From positions 1 through 48,976 of IMG/VR virus record IMGVR_UViG_2541047786_000002: 48,976 nucleotides of DNA. The stretch is one strand, 5' to 3'. A model generated the notes under the pieces. The model was not told the DNA's origin and made no database searches. It worked only from the letters and a program-made list of their open reading frames with translations. This DNA is from a virus. Its lineage: Duplodnaviria; Heunggongvirae; Uroviricota; Caudoviricetes. Each line of letters opens with the position of its first letter. Position 1 is the stretch's first letter. Made by a program: the position numbers and the translations under genes. Shown here in pieces: positions 35,384-45,243 of the stretch.

Positions 35384-37925
35384 TCTTGTTATTGACCTTA
35401 GTCTGGATGCTGTCCGTTTCGATGAGCAGATGAGCCGGGTAAGGCGTCATTTTTCAGGTCTGGATACCGACGCCAGAAAAACCGCCAGTGCTGTTGAACA
35501 GGGCCTGAGCCGCCAGGCGCTGGCTGCACAAAAAGCCGGGATTTCCGTCGGGCAGTATAAAGCGGCCATGCGAACCCTGCCCGCACAGTTTACGGATATC
35601 GCCACGCAGCTTGCCGGTGGTCAGAATCCCTGGCTGATCCTGCTGCAACAGGGCGGTCAGGTGAAGGACTCCTTCGGCGGGATGATCCCCATGTTCAGGG
35701 GGCTTGCCGGTGCGATCACCCTGCCGATGGTCGGGGTCACCTCGCTGGCGGTGGCGACAGGTGCGCTGGTGTACGCCTGGTACCAGGGAGATTCCACGCT
35801 TTCAGCGTTTAATAAAACCCTGGTTCTTTCCGGTAATCAGTCCGGACTGACTGCCGATCGCATGCTGACGCTCTCCAGAGCCGGACAGGCCGCAGGGCTG
35901 ACGTTTAACCAGGCGAGTGAGTCACTGGCAGCCCTGGTGAATGCCGGTGTGCGTGGTGGTGAACAGTTTGATGCCATCAACCAGAGTGTCGCGCGTTTTG
36001 CTTCTGCATCCGGTGTGGAGGTGGACAAGGTTGCAGAGGCTTTCGGAAAACTGACCACTGACCCGACGTCGGGGCTGATGGCGATGGCGAAGCAGTTCCA
36101 TAACGTGACGGCGGAGCAGATTGCGTATGTTGCTCAGTTGCAGCGTTCCGGCGATGAAACCGGGGCATTGCAGGCGGCGAACGAGGCCGCAACGAAAGGG
36201 TTTGATGACCAGACCCGCCGCCTGAAAGAGAACATGGGCACGCTGGAGACCTGGGCAGACAGGACAGCGCGGGCATTCAAATCCATGTGGGATGCGGTGC
36301 TGGATATTGGTCGTCCTGATACCGCGCAGGAGATGCTGATTAAGGCAGAGGCTGCGTTTAAGAAAGCAGACGACATCTGGAATCTGCGCAAGGATGATTA
36401 TTTTGTTAACGATGAAGCGCGGGCGCGTTACTGGGATGATCGTGAAAAGGCCCGTCTTGCGCTTGAAGCCGCCCGAAAGAAGGCTGAGCAGCAGACTCAA
36501 CAGGACAAAAATGCGCAGCAGCAGAGCGATACCGAAGCGTCACGGCTGAAATATACCGAAGAGGCGCAGAAGGCTTACGAACGGCTGCAGACGCCGCTGG
36601 AGAAATATACCGCCCGTCAGGAAGAACTGAACAAGGCACTGAAAGACGGGAAAATCCTGCAGGCGGATTACAACACGCTGATGGCGGCGGCGAAAAAGGA
36701 TTATGAAGCGACGCTGAAAAAGCCGAAACAGTCCGGCGTGAAGGTGTCTGCGGGCGATCGTCAGGAAGACAGTGCTCATGCTGCCCTGCTGACGCTTCAG
36801 GCAGAACTCCGGACGCTGGAGAAGCATGCCGGAGCGAATGAGAAAATCAGCCAGCAGCGCCGGGATTTGTGGAAGGCGGAGAGTCAGTTCGCGGTACTGG
36901 AGGAGGCGGCGCAACGTCGCCAGCTGTCTGCACAGGAGAAATCCCTGCTGGCGCATAAAGATGAGACGCTGGAGTACAAACGCCAGCTGGCTGCACTTGG
37001 CGACAAGGTTACGTATCAGGAGCGCCTGAACGCGCTGGCGCAGCAGGCGGATAAATTCGCACAGCAGCAACGGGCAAAACGGGCCGCCATTGATGCGAAA
37101 AGCCGGGGGCTGACTGACCGGCAGGCAGAACGGGAAGCCACGGAACAGCGCCTGAAGGAACAGTATGGCGATAATCCGCTGGCGCTGAATAACGTCATGT
37201 CAGAGCAGAAAAAGACCTGGGCGGCTGAAGACCTGCTTCGCGGGAACTGGATGGCAGGCCTCAGGTCCGGCTGGAGTGAGTGGGAAGAGAGTGCCACGGA
37301 CAGTATGTCGCAGGTAAAAAGTGCTGCCACGCAGACCTTTGATGGTATTGCACAGAATATGGCGGCGATGCTGACCGGCAGTGAGCAGAACTGGCGCAGC
37401 TTCACCCGCTCCGTGCTGTCCATGATGACAGAAATTCTGCTTAAGCAGGCAATGGTGGGGATTGTCGGGAGTATCGGCAGCGCTATTGGCGGGGCTGTTG
37501 GTGGCGGCGCATCCGCGTCAGGCGGTACAGCCATTCAGGCAGCTGCGGCGAAATTCCATTTTGCGACCGGAGGATTTACGGGAACCGGCGGCAAATATGA
37601 ACCTGCGGGGATTGTTCATCGCGGGGAGTTTGTCTTCACGAAGGAGGCGACCAGCCGGATTGGTGTCGGCAATCTGTACCGCCTGATGCGGGGCTATGCG
37701 GAAGGTGGTTATGTCGGCGGTGCCGGAAGTCCGGCGCAGATGCGGCGGGCGGAAGGCATTAATTTTAATCAGAACAATCACGTGGTGATTCAGAACGACG
37801 GCCCCAACGGGCGGGCAGGGCCGCAGCTGATGAAAGCGGTGTATGAGATGGCCCGCAAGGGGGCACAGGATGAACTCCGGCTGCAGTTGCGTGATGGCGG
37901 TATGTTATCAGGGAGCGGTGGATGA
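35364..37925 (+). CDS. H: Tail tape measure protein gpH
   Basis: 853-aa ORF (same length as lambda gpH) with long coiled-coil region and Gly-rich C-terminus; follows G/T. Confidence 0.9.
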   Translation: MSQPVGDLVIDLSLDAVRFDEQMSRVRRHFSGLDTDARKTASAVEQGLSRQALAAQKAGISVGQYKAAMRTLPAQFTDIATQLAGGQNPWLILLQQGGQVKDSFGGMIPMFRGLAGAITLPMVGVTSLAVATGALVYAWYQGDSTLSAFNKTLVLSGNQSGLTADRMLTLSRAGQAAGLTFNQASESLAALVNAGVRGGEQFDAINQSVARFASASGVEVDKVAEAFGKLTTDPTSGLMAMAKQFHNVTAEQIAYVAQLQRSGDETGALQAANEAATKGFDDQTRRLKENMGTLETWADRTARAFKSMWDAVLDIGRPDTAQEMLIKAEAAFKKADDIWNLRKDDYFVNDEARARYWDDREKARLALEAARKKAEQQTQQDKNAQQQSDTEASRLKYTEEAQKAYERLQTPLEKYTARQEELNKALKDGKILQADYNTLMAAAKKDYEATLKKPKQSGVKVSAGDRQEDSAHAALLTLQAELRTLEKHAGANEKISQQRRDLWKAESQFAVLEEAAQRRQLSAQEKSLLAHKDETLEYKRQLAALGDKVTYQERLNALAQQADKFAQQQRAKRAAIDAKSRGLTDRQAEREATEQRLKEQYGDNPLALNNVMSEQKKTWAAEDLLRGNWMAGLRSGWSEWEESATDSMSQVKSAATQTFDGIAQNMAAMLTGSEQNWRSFTRSVLSMMTEILLKQAMVGIVGSIGSAIGGAVGGGASASGGTAIQAAAAKFHFATGGFTGTGGKYEPAGIVHRGEFVFTKEATSRIGVGNLYRLMRGYAEGGYVGGAGSPAQMRRAEGINFNQNNHVVIQNDGPNGRAGPQLMKAVYEMARKGAQDELRLQLRDGGMLSGSGG

Positions 37926-38251
37926 AAACCTTTCGCTGGAAAGTGAAGCCGGATATGGAGGTGAACTCGCAGCCATCGGTGCGTGAAGTGCGTTTTGGTT
38001 ACGGGTACTCACAGCGTATGGCGGCAGGGCTGAATGCTGACCTGAAAACATACAGGGTGACGCTTTCCGTGACCCGGGAGGAGGCCCGGCATCTGGAAGC
38101 GTTCCTGGCAGAGCACGGTGGCTGGAAGGCATTTTTGTGGAAGCCACCCTATGCATACCGGCAGATAAAGGTGACCTGTGCCGGGTGGTCTGCGCGGGTC
38201 GGGATGTTGCGCGTTGAGTTCAGCGCGGAGTTTAAGCAGGTGGTGAACTGA
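37922..38251 (+). CDS. M: Tail tip protein gpM
   Basis: 109-aa ORF (same length as lambda gpM) in the corresponding position. Confidence 0.8.
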   Translation: MKTFRWKVKPDMEVNSQPSVREVRFGYGYSQRMAAGLNADLKTYRVTLSVTREEARHLEAFLAEHGGWKAFLWKPPYAYRQIKVTCAGWSARVGMLRVEFSAEFKQVVN

Positions 38252-38949
38252 TGCAGGATATTCGCGAAGAAAGTCTGAACGAGTCGGTTAAGTCAGAGCA
38301 GTCACCGCGGGTGGTACTCTGGGAAATCGACCTGACGGTGCAGGGCGGTGAGCGGTATTTTTTCTGCAATGAGCTGAATGAAAAAGGGGAGCCGGTGACC
38401 TGGCAGGGGCGTGAATATCAGGCGTACCCGATTGAGGGGAGTGGCTTTGAGATGAACGGGAAGGGCAGCAGTGCCAGACCATCGCTGACGGTGTCCAATC
38501 TGTTTGGTCTGGTCACCGGGATGGCGGAAGACCTGCAGAGTCTGGTGGGGGCCACGGTGGTCCGCCGCCGGGTGTATGCCCGTTTTCTGGATGCGGTGAA
38601 TTTCGTTGCGGGCAATCCGGAGGCGGACCCGGAGCAGGAGCTGAGTGACCGCTGGGTGGTGGAGCAGATGTCGCAGCTGACAGCCATGACGGCCTCGTTT
38701 GTGCTGGCCACACCGACCGAGACGGACGGGGCGCTGTTTCCCGGTCGTATCATGCTGGCGAACACCTGTATGTGGACCTACCGCTCTGATGAGTGTGGTT
38801 ACACGGGCGGGGCTGTGGCGGATGAGTTCGATAAACCCACCACGGATATCCGTAAGGACAGATGCAGCAAGTGCATGCGCGGGTGTGAACTGCGCAGGAA
38901 TGTCGGCAATTTTGGCGGTTTCCTTTCCATTAATAAACTTTCGCAGTAA
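38251..38949 (+). CDS. L: Tail tip protein gpL
   Basis: 232-aa ORF (same length as lambda gpL) in the corresponding position. Confidence 0.8.
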   Translation: MQDIREESLNESVKSEQSPRVVLWEIDLTVQGGERYFFCNELNEKGEPVTWQGREYQAYPIEGSGFEMNGKGSSARPSLTVSNLFGLVTGMAEDLQSLVGATVVRRRVYARFLDAVNFVAGNPEADPEQELSDRWVVEQMSQLTAMTASFVLATPTETDGALFPGRIMLANTCMWTYRSDECGYTGGAVADEFDKPTTDIRKDRCSKCMRGCELRRNVGNFGGFLSINKLSQ

Positions 38950-38959
38950 ATCCCGGTTT

Positions 38960-39703
38960 ATGACACAGACTGAATCAGCGATTCTGGCGCATGCCCGGCG
39001 GTGTGCGCCTGCGGAGTCGTGCGGCTTCGTGATAAGCACGCCGGAGGGGGAGCGGTATATCCCTTGTGTGAATATTTCCGCGGAGCCGGAGGCGTATTTT
39101 CGTATCGCACCGGAAGACTGGCTGCGGGCAGAGATGCAGGGGGAGATTGTGGCACTGGTCCACAGTCATCCCGGTGGGCTGCCCTGGCTGAGCGAGGCTG
39201 ACCGGCGGCTGCAGATAAAAAGCGCACTGCCCTGGTGGCTGGTCTGCCGGGGTGACATTCACAAATTCCGCTGTGTGCCACATCTGACGGGACGGCGCTT
39301 TGAGCACGGGGTGACGGACTGTTACACGCTGTTCCGGGATGCTTATCATCTGGCGGGGACTGAAATGCCGGATTTTCATCGCGAGGATGACTGGTGGCGC
39401 AACGGCCAGAACCTGTACCTGGACAACCTGGCGGAAAACGGCTTTTGCCGGGTGTCTCCGTCCTCTGCACAGGCAGGCGATGTGCTGCTGTGCTGCTTTG
39501 GTTCATCGGTGCCGAATCATGCCGCCGTTTACTGTGGTGACGGCGAGCTGCTGCACCATATTCCTGAACAACTGAGTAAACGGGAGAGGTATTCCGAAAA
39601 ATGGCAACGACGAACGCATTCAGTCTGGCGTCACCGCCACTGGCACGCATCCGCCTTTACGGGGATTTACAACGATTTGGCCGCCGCCTCAGCCTGTATG
39701 TGA
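38960..39703 (+). CDS. K: Tail tip assembly protein gpK (JAB/MPN plus NlpC/P60-like)
   Basis: Start re-assigned to ATG 38960 just after the L stop; contains HSHP JAB-like motif (VALVHSHPGG) and a Cys-containing NlpC/P60-like segment. Confidence 0.75.
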   Translation: MTQTESAILAHARRCAPAESCGFVISTPEGERYIPCVNISAEPEAYFRIAPEDWLRAEMQGEIVALVHSHPGGLPWLSEADRRLQIKSALPWWLVCRGDIHKFRCVPHLTGRRFEHGVTDCYTLFRDAYHLAGTEMPDFHREDDWWRNGQNLYLDNLAENGFCRVSPSSAQAGDVLLCCFGSSVPNHAAVYCGDGELLHHIPEQLSKRERYSEKWQRRTHSVWRHRHWHASAFTGIYNDLAAASACM

Positions 39704-40281
39704 ACACGGCAGCGGAAGCCATTCGCGCCCTGTCGATGCAGATGCCGGGCTTTCGCCGTCAGATGAACGAAGGCTGGTACCAGATACGTATTGCCGGTGA
39801 TGACACGGCACCGGAGGCGGTGTACGCCCGTCTTCACGAACAGCTGGGTGAGGGAACGGTCATCCACATTGTGCCGCGACTGGCCGGGGCCGGAAAGGGT
39901 GGACTGCAGATTGTGCTGGGGGCGGCAGCCATCGTGGGCTCTTTCTTCACGGCCGGTGCCTCGATGGCGTTATGGGGTACAGCCCTGAGTGCCGGCGGTT
40001 TTTCTGCCACCACGATGCTGTTTTCACTGGGGGCCAGCATGATACTGGGCGGTGTGGCCCAGATGCTGGCCCCGAAGGCAAAAACACCGGATTACCGCGC
40101 AACGGATAACGGCAGACAGAACACGTACTTTTCCTCACTGGATAACATGATTGCCCAGGGGAACCCGATGCCGGTGCCTTACGGGGAAATGCTGGTTGGC
40201 TCCCGCCGTATATCCCAGGACATCAGCACCCGTGATGAAGGCGGGGGCGGAAAGGTCGTGGTTATCGGGCGGCAGGGGTAA
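39601..40281 (+). CDS. I: Tail assembly protein gpI
   Basis: 226 aa; LASPPLARIRLYGDLQRFGRR ... NTYFSSLDNMIAQGNPMPVPYGEM.VGSR matches recalled lambda gpI. Confidence 0.85.
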   Translation: MATTNAFSLASPPLARIRLYGDLQRFGRRLSLYVNTAAEAIRALSMQMPGFRRQMNEGWYQIRIAGDDTAPEAVYARLHEQLGEGTVIHIVPRLAGAGKGGLQIVLGAAAIVGSFFTAGASMALWGTALSAGGFSATTMLFSLGASMILGGVAQMLAPKAKTPDYRATDNGRQNTYFSSLDNMIAQGNPMPVPYGEMLVGSRRISQDISTRDEGGGGKVVVIGRQG

Positions 40282-40485
40282 AAAGAATAAAAAAATCCCG
40301 CAGTGATCGCGGACAGGAACTGCGGGAGAGTTACGAAGATTAAGTGTAAGGAATTATTCTTATATCACGACAAAAAAATTAACGCAGAGAAATTATACGC
40401 GCCACAGTCAGTTTGTGAAAATGTGAAGATATTCAGAATTTTTATGCCATTACCGGTTTTAACCAACAGGATTATCGGTGGGCAT

Positions 40486-40527
40486 GAAAGAAAACCCCGG
40501 TATCTGCTGATACCGGGGTTTCTCTTT
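40486..40527. terminator. Bidirectional rho-independent terminator-like hairpin in the I-J gap
   Basis: Perfect 10-bp stem CCCCGGTATC / GATACCGGGG with TGCT loop, flanked by GAAAGAAAA upstream and TTTCTCTTT downstream. Confidence 0.6.
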
Positions 40528-40624
40528 AGCATGGCAGAAATGTGTTTCATGCTTTTCGGGCGAAGGATATCCGACTTCTGTACGGAATGGCAAGTGGCGG
40601 TTAATTTATTCAGGGGAAGGCTGT

Positions 40625-43600
40625 ATGGGAAAAGGTGGCGGTAAGGCACACACGCCTCGTGAGGCGAAGGATAATCTCAAATCCACGCAGATGATGAGTG
40701 TGATTGATGCGATTGGTGAGGGACCGATAGAAGGTCCGGTGAAGGGACTGCAGAGTATTCTGGTGAACAAAACCCCGCTGACGGACACGGACGGTAATCC
40801 CGTGATACACGGTGTGACTGCGGTCTGGCGTGCCGGGGAGCAGGAGCAGACACCACCGGAAGGCTTTGAGTCCTCCGGAGCTGAAACCGGACTGGGCGTG
40901 GAAGTGACGAAGGCAAAACCGGTGACGCGCACCATTACGTCCGCGAACATTGACCGCCTGCGGGTTACCTTCGGGGTGCAGTCACTGGTGCAGACCACGT
41001 CAAAGGGCGACCGTAATCCTTCCTCTGTCCGGATTCTGATTCAGTTACAGCGTAATGGCCGCTGGGTGACGGAAAAGGATGTCACCATTAACGGCAAGAC
41101 CACCTCGCAGTTCCTGGCCTCGGTGATTCTGGATAATCTGCCTCCCCGGCCCTTTAACATCCGGATGGTCAGGGAGACGGCGGACAGCACCACGGACCAG
41201 CTGCAGAATAAGACGCTGTGGTCGTCATACACCGAAATCATCGATGTGAAACAGTGCTACCCGAACACGGCCATTGTGGGGCTGCAGGTGGATGCGGAGC
41301 AGTTCGGCGGCCAGCAGATGACGGTGAACTACCATATCCGCGGTCGCATCATCCAGGTGCCGTCAAACTATGACCCGGAAAAACGCACGTACAGTGGTAT
41401 CTGGGACGGCAGCCTGAAACCGGCATACAGCAACAACCCGGCCTGGTGTCTGTGGGACATGCTGACTCACCCGCGCTACGGCATGGGAAAACGTCTGGGG
41501 GCGGCGGATGTGGACAAGTGGGCGCTGTATGCCATCGGGCAGTACTGCGACCAGACGGTCCCGGATGGTTTCGGGGGGACCGAGCCGCGGATGACCTTTA
41601 ATGCGTACCTGGCACAACAGCGTAAGGCGTGGGACGTTCTCAGTGATTTCTGCTCTGCGATGCGCTGTATGCCGGTATGGAACGGCCAGACGCTGACGTT
41701 CGTTCAGGACCGTCCGTCGGATGTGGTGTGGCCGTACACCAACAGCGATGTGGTGGTGGATGATAACGGCGTGGGTTTCCGCTACAGCTTCAGTGCCCTG
41801 AAGGACCGGCACACGGCAGTGGAGGTGAATTACACCGACCCGCAGAACGGCTGGCAGACCTCCACGGAACTGGTGGAAGACCCGGAAGCCATACTGCGCT
41901 ACGGACGCAACCTGCTGAAGATGGACGCGTTCGGCTGTACCAGCCGCGGTCAGGCCCACCGTGCCGGGCTGTGGGTGATAAAGACCGAACTGCTGGAAAC
42001 GCAGACGGTGGATTTCACGCTCGGGTCACAGGGGCTGCGTCACACACCCGGTGACATCATTGAAATCTGTGATAACGACTATGCCGGGACCATGACCGGC
42101 GGACGTGTCCTGTCCATCGATGCCGCCAGCCGTACCCTGACGCTGGACCGGGAGGTGACACTGCCGGAGACCGGCACGGCCACTGTTAATCTGATTAACG
42201 GCAGCGGTAAGCCGGCGAGCGTGGCCATCACCGCACACCCCGCGCCTGACCGGATACAGGTCAGCACCCTGCCGGATGGTGTGGAGACATACGGTGTGTG
42301 GGGACTCTCCCTGCCGTCACTGCGTCGTCGCCTGTTCCGCTGTGTCTCCATCCGGGAAAACACGGACGGCACCTTTGCCATCACGGCGGTGCAGCACGTA
42401 CCTGAAAAAGAAGCCATCGTGGATAACGGGGCCCGCTTTGAGCCGCAGTCAGGCACCCTGAACAGCGTTATCCCACCGGCAGTGCAGCACCTGACGGTGG
42501 AGGTGAGCGCAGCTGACGGTCAGTATCTGGCACAGGCGAAATGGGACACGCCGCGGGTGGTGAAGGGTGTGCGCTTCAGTCTGCGTCTGACCAGCGGAAG
42601 CGGAGAAGACAGCCGTCTGGTGAGCACCGCCATCACCGCAGACACGGAGCACCGTTTCAGTGGTCTGCCGCTGGGGGAATACACCCTGACGGTGCGGGCC
42701 ATTAACAGCTACGGCCAGCAGGGCGAACCTGCGACCACCACCTTCCGGATTAACGCGCCTGCAAAACCCGCCACCATTGAGCTGACGCCGGGGTATTTTC
42801 AGATAACGGCGGTACCGGTGCTGGCGGTGTATGACCCGACGGTGCAGTTTGAGTTCTGGTTTTCGGAAAAACGCATCACGAACACGGCACAGGTGGAAAA
42901 ATCTGCCCGTTATCTGGGGACCGGCAGTCAGTGGACTGTCCAGGGCGATCGGATTAAGCCGGGGATGGATTTCTGGTTTTATGTGCGCAGTGTCAACCTG
43001 GTGGGCAAGTCTGCATTTGTGGAAGCCAGCGGGCAGGCCAGCAATGATGCAAAAGGGTATCTGGAATTTTTCCGTGGTCTGATAGATGAGACGCTGCTGG
43101 GGCAGGCACTGAAAAAGCGCATTGATGCGTCAGCCCTGCGATCGGATGTCACTCAACTGGAAGAGAATATCGGACAACTGGAAGAAGACATCCGTCAGCG
43201 GATGGACACGGATATTGCGGAAGTGACCCGGAAAATCGGGGAGGCGGAAAACAGCCTCACGCAGCTGGTTGCGAAAAAGAATGAGGATCAGACGCTGGCC
43301 ATCGCGCAGGTGAGTCAGAAAGTGGACCGTGTCAGCAGTGAAATCTCACAGACGGTCAGTCAGAGCAGTGAGGAAAATACCCGACAGATAGCACAGGTCC
43401 GTCAGTACGTGGACAAAAAGCAAAGTGAAATCAAGCAGACAGTCAGCCAGGGCCAGTCAGAAAACGCCCGACAGATAGCACAGGTCCGCCAGTACGTGGA
43501 TAAAAAAGGGAGTGAAATTACCTCGACCACGGATAAAAAGCTGGGTGACCAGGCCGTGACCATACAGCAAATCCAGCGGGTTCAGTCAGACACGCGCAAT

Positions 43601-44425
43601 GAGCTGAATGCCATGTATATGCTGAAGGTGCAGAAAACAAAAAACGGTATTCCCTATGTGGCCGGGATTGGTGCGGGGATTGAGGATGTTGATGGTCAGA
43701 CCCTGAGTAACATTCTGCTGCAGGCCGATCGCATTGCGATGATTACCCCGGAGAACGGCAACACCACGCCGCTGTTTGTGGCGCAGGGGAATCAGCTGTT
43801 CATGAACGACGTGTTCCTGAAGCGACTGTTTGCGGTGAGCATCACGTCATCCGGCAATCCTCCGACGTTTTCCCTGACGCCGGATGGCAGGCTGACAGCC
43901 CGCAATGCGGATATCAGTGGAGCCATCACGGCGAATACCGGCACGCTCAATAATGTCACCATTAACGAGAACTGTGTCATCAGAGGGAAACTGTCTGCAA
44001 ACCAGATTGAAGGCGATCTCGTTAAAACAGTGGGTAAGGCTTTCCCTCGTGACTCCCGTGCACCGGAGCGTTGGCCATCAGGAACCATTACCGTCAGGGT
44101 TTATGACGATCAGCCGTTTAACCGGCAGATTGTTATTCCGGCGGTGGCTTTCAGCGGTGCCAGACATGAGCGGGAGAACAGCGATACTTATTCGTCATGC
44201 CGCCTGATAGTGAAGAAAAACGGTGCTGAAATTTATAACCGTACCGCGATGGATAATACGCTGGTTTACAGTGGTGTTATTGATATGCCTGCTGGTCGCG
44301 GCCACATGACGCTGGAGTTTTCTGTATCAGCATGGTGGGTAAATGGCTGGTATCCCACAGCAAGTATCAGCGATTTGCTGGTTGTTGTGATGAAGAAAGC
44401 CACTGCAGGCATCACGATTAGCTGA
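40625..44425 (+). CDS. J: Central tail fibre / host-specificity protein gpJ
   Basis: 1266-aa ORF in the lambda J position, with SD AGGGGAAGG; contains an internal 29-aa tandem repeat. Confidence 0.9.
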   Translation: MGKGGGKAHTPREAKDNLKSTQMMSVIDAIGEGPIEGPVKGLQSILVNKTPLTDTDGNPVIHGVTAVWRAGEQEQTPPEGFESSGAETGLGVEVTKAKPVTRTITSANIDRLRVTFGVQSLVQTTSKGDRNPSSVRILIQLQRNGRWVTEKDVTINGKTTSQFLASVILDNLPPRPFNIRMVRETADSTTDQLQNKTLWSSYTEIIDVKQCYPNTAIVGLQVDAEQFGGQQMTVNYHIRGRIIQVPSNYDPEKRTYSGIWDGSLKPAYSNNPAWCLWDMLTHPRYGMGKRLGAADVDKWALYAIGQYCDQTVPDGFGGTEPRMTFNAYLAQQRKAWDVLSDFCSAMRCMPVWNGQTLTFVQDRPSDVVWPYTNSDVVVDDNGVGFRYSFSALKDRHTAVEVNYTDPQNGWQTSTELVEDPEAILRYGRNLLKMDAFGCTSRGQAHRAGLWVIKTELLETQTVDFTLGSQGLRHTPGDIIEICDNDYAGTMTGGRVLSIDAASRTLTLDREVTLPETGTATVNLINGSGKPASVAITAHPAPDRIQVSTLPDGVETYGVWGLSLPSLRRRLFRCVSIRENTDGTFAITAVQHVPEKEAIVDNGARFEPQSGTLNSVIPPAVQHLTVEVSAADGQYLAQAKWDTPRVVKGVRFSLRLTSGSGEDSRLVSTAITADTEHRFSGLPLGEYTLTVRAINSYGQQGEPATTTFRINAPAKPATIELTPGYFQITAVPVLAVYDPTVQFEFWFSEKRITNTAQVEKSARYLGTGSQWTVQGDRIKPGMDFWFYVRSVNLVGKSAFVEASGQASNDAKGYLEFFRGLIDETLLGQALKKRIDASALRSDVTQLEENIGQLEEDIRQRMDTDIAEVTRKIGEAENSLTQLVAKKNEDQTLAIAQVSQKVDRVSSEISQTVSQSSEENTRQIAQVRQYVDKKQSEIKQTVSQGQSENARQIAQVRQYVDKKGSEITSTTDKKLGDQAVTIQQIQRVQSDTRNELNAMYMLKVQKTKNGIPYVAGIGAGIEDVDGQTLSNILLQADRIAMITPENGNTTPLFVAQGNQLFMNDVFLKRLFAVSITSSGNPPTFSLTPDGRLTARNADISGAITANTGTLNNVTINENCVIRGKLSANQIEGDLVKTVGKAFPRDSRAPERWPSGTITVRVYDDQPFNRQIVIPAVAFSGARHERENSDTYSSCRLIVKKNGAEIYNRTAMDNTLVYSGVIDMPAGRGHMTLEFSVSAWWVNGWYPTASISDLLVVVMKKATAGITIS

Positions 44426-44444
44426 ATTTTATAACCCCAATACG

Positions 44445-44469
44445 GGCGCCAGAAATGGCGCCTTTTTTA
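44445..44469 (+). terminator. Rho-independent terminator between J and lom
   Basis: Stem GGCGCC / GGCGCC with AGAAAT loop followed by TTTTTT. Confidence 0.65.
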
Positions 44470-44492
44470 TTGCAGAAAAGCGAGAGGTAATT

Positions 44493-45092
44493 ATGCGTAA
44501 ATTATGTGCTGTTATTCTGTCCGCAGTAGTCTGGCTGGTTGCCGCTGGTACGCCAGCGAGCGCAGCAGAGCATCAGTCCACACTAAGCGCCGGGTATCTT
44601 CAGACCCACACTGATATGCCAGGAAGCGATAATCTGAACGGGATTAACGTGAAATACCGTTATGAATTTACGGACACGCTGGGGCTGATTACGTCTTTCA
44701 GTTATGCCGACGCAGAAGATGAACAAAAAACGCATTACAGCGATACCCGCTGGCATGAAGATTCCGTGCGTAACCGCTGGTTCAGCGTAATGGCGGGGCC
44801 GTCTGTGCGCGTGAATGAATGGTTCAGCGCGTATGCGATGGCGGGTGTGGCTTACAGCCGTGTGTCGACTTTCTCCGGGGATTATCTCCGCGTAACTGAC
44901 AACAAGGGGAAAACGCACGACGTGCTGACCGGAAGTGATGACGGTCGCCACAGCAATACCTCTCTGGCGTGGGGGGCTGGCGTGCAGTTTAACCCGACCG
45001 AATCCGTGACCATTGACCTTGCTTATGAAGGTTCCGGTAGTGGCGACTGGCGAACGGATGCATTTATTGTTGGTATCGGATACCGTTTCTGA
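44493..45092 (+). CDS. lom: Lom outer-membrane protein (Ail/Lom family)
   Basis: 199 aa; signal peptide (LSAVVWLVAAGTPASA), beta-barrel pattern ending IVGIGYRF. Confidence 0.85.
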   Translation: MRKLCAVILSAVVWLVAAGTPASAAEHQSTLSAGYLQTHTDMPGSDNLNGINVKYRYEFTDTLGLITSFSYADAEDEQKTHYSDTRWHEDSVRNRWFSVMAGPSVRVNEWFSAYAMAGVAYSRVSTFSGDYLRVTDNKGKTHDVLTGSDDGRHSNTSLAWGAGVQFNPTESVTIDLAYEGSGSGDWRTDAFIVGIGYRF

Positions 45093-45196
45093 CAACAGAC
45101 GCCGATTTATCTTCTGTAAATATTGTTATGATACGCAGGTTCATCCGCCTTATGGGGTGAACTGCGTTTGAGGAAACGTAAAGTTACACTGTCCTG

Positions 45197-45230
45197 AAGC
45201 CCGTGGCGTCACTGCTGCGGGCTTTTTTTA
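45197..45230 (+). terminator. Rho-independent terminator after lom
   Basis: Stem AAGCCCG / CGGGCTT enclosing a 14-nt loop, followed by TTTTTTT. Confidence 0.55.
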
Positions 45231-45243
45231 TTGGTGGAAAAGT

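Noticed and set aside
40303-40649. ORFs of 113 aa (plus) and 94 aa (minus) in the I-J gap
   Set aside because: AT-rich, no SD, low-complexity translation, and they run across a perfect terminator hairpin; treated as non-coding.
43349-43522. Tandem repeats that could be mistaken for a short CRISPR-like array
   Set aside because: Only two copies, no spacers, and they are in-frame coding repeats within J; the similar repeats at 29980..30340 are within C.
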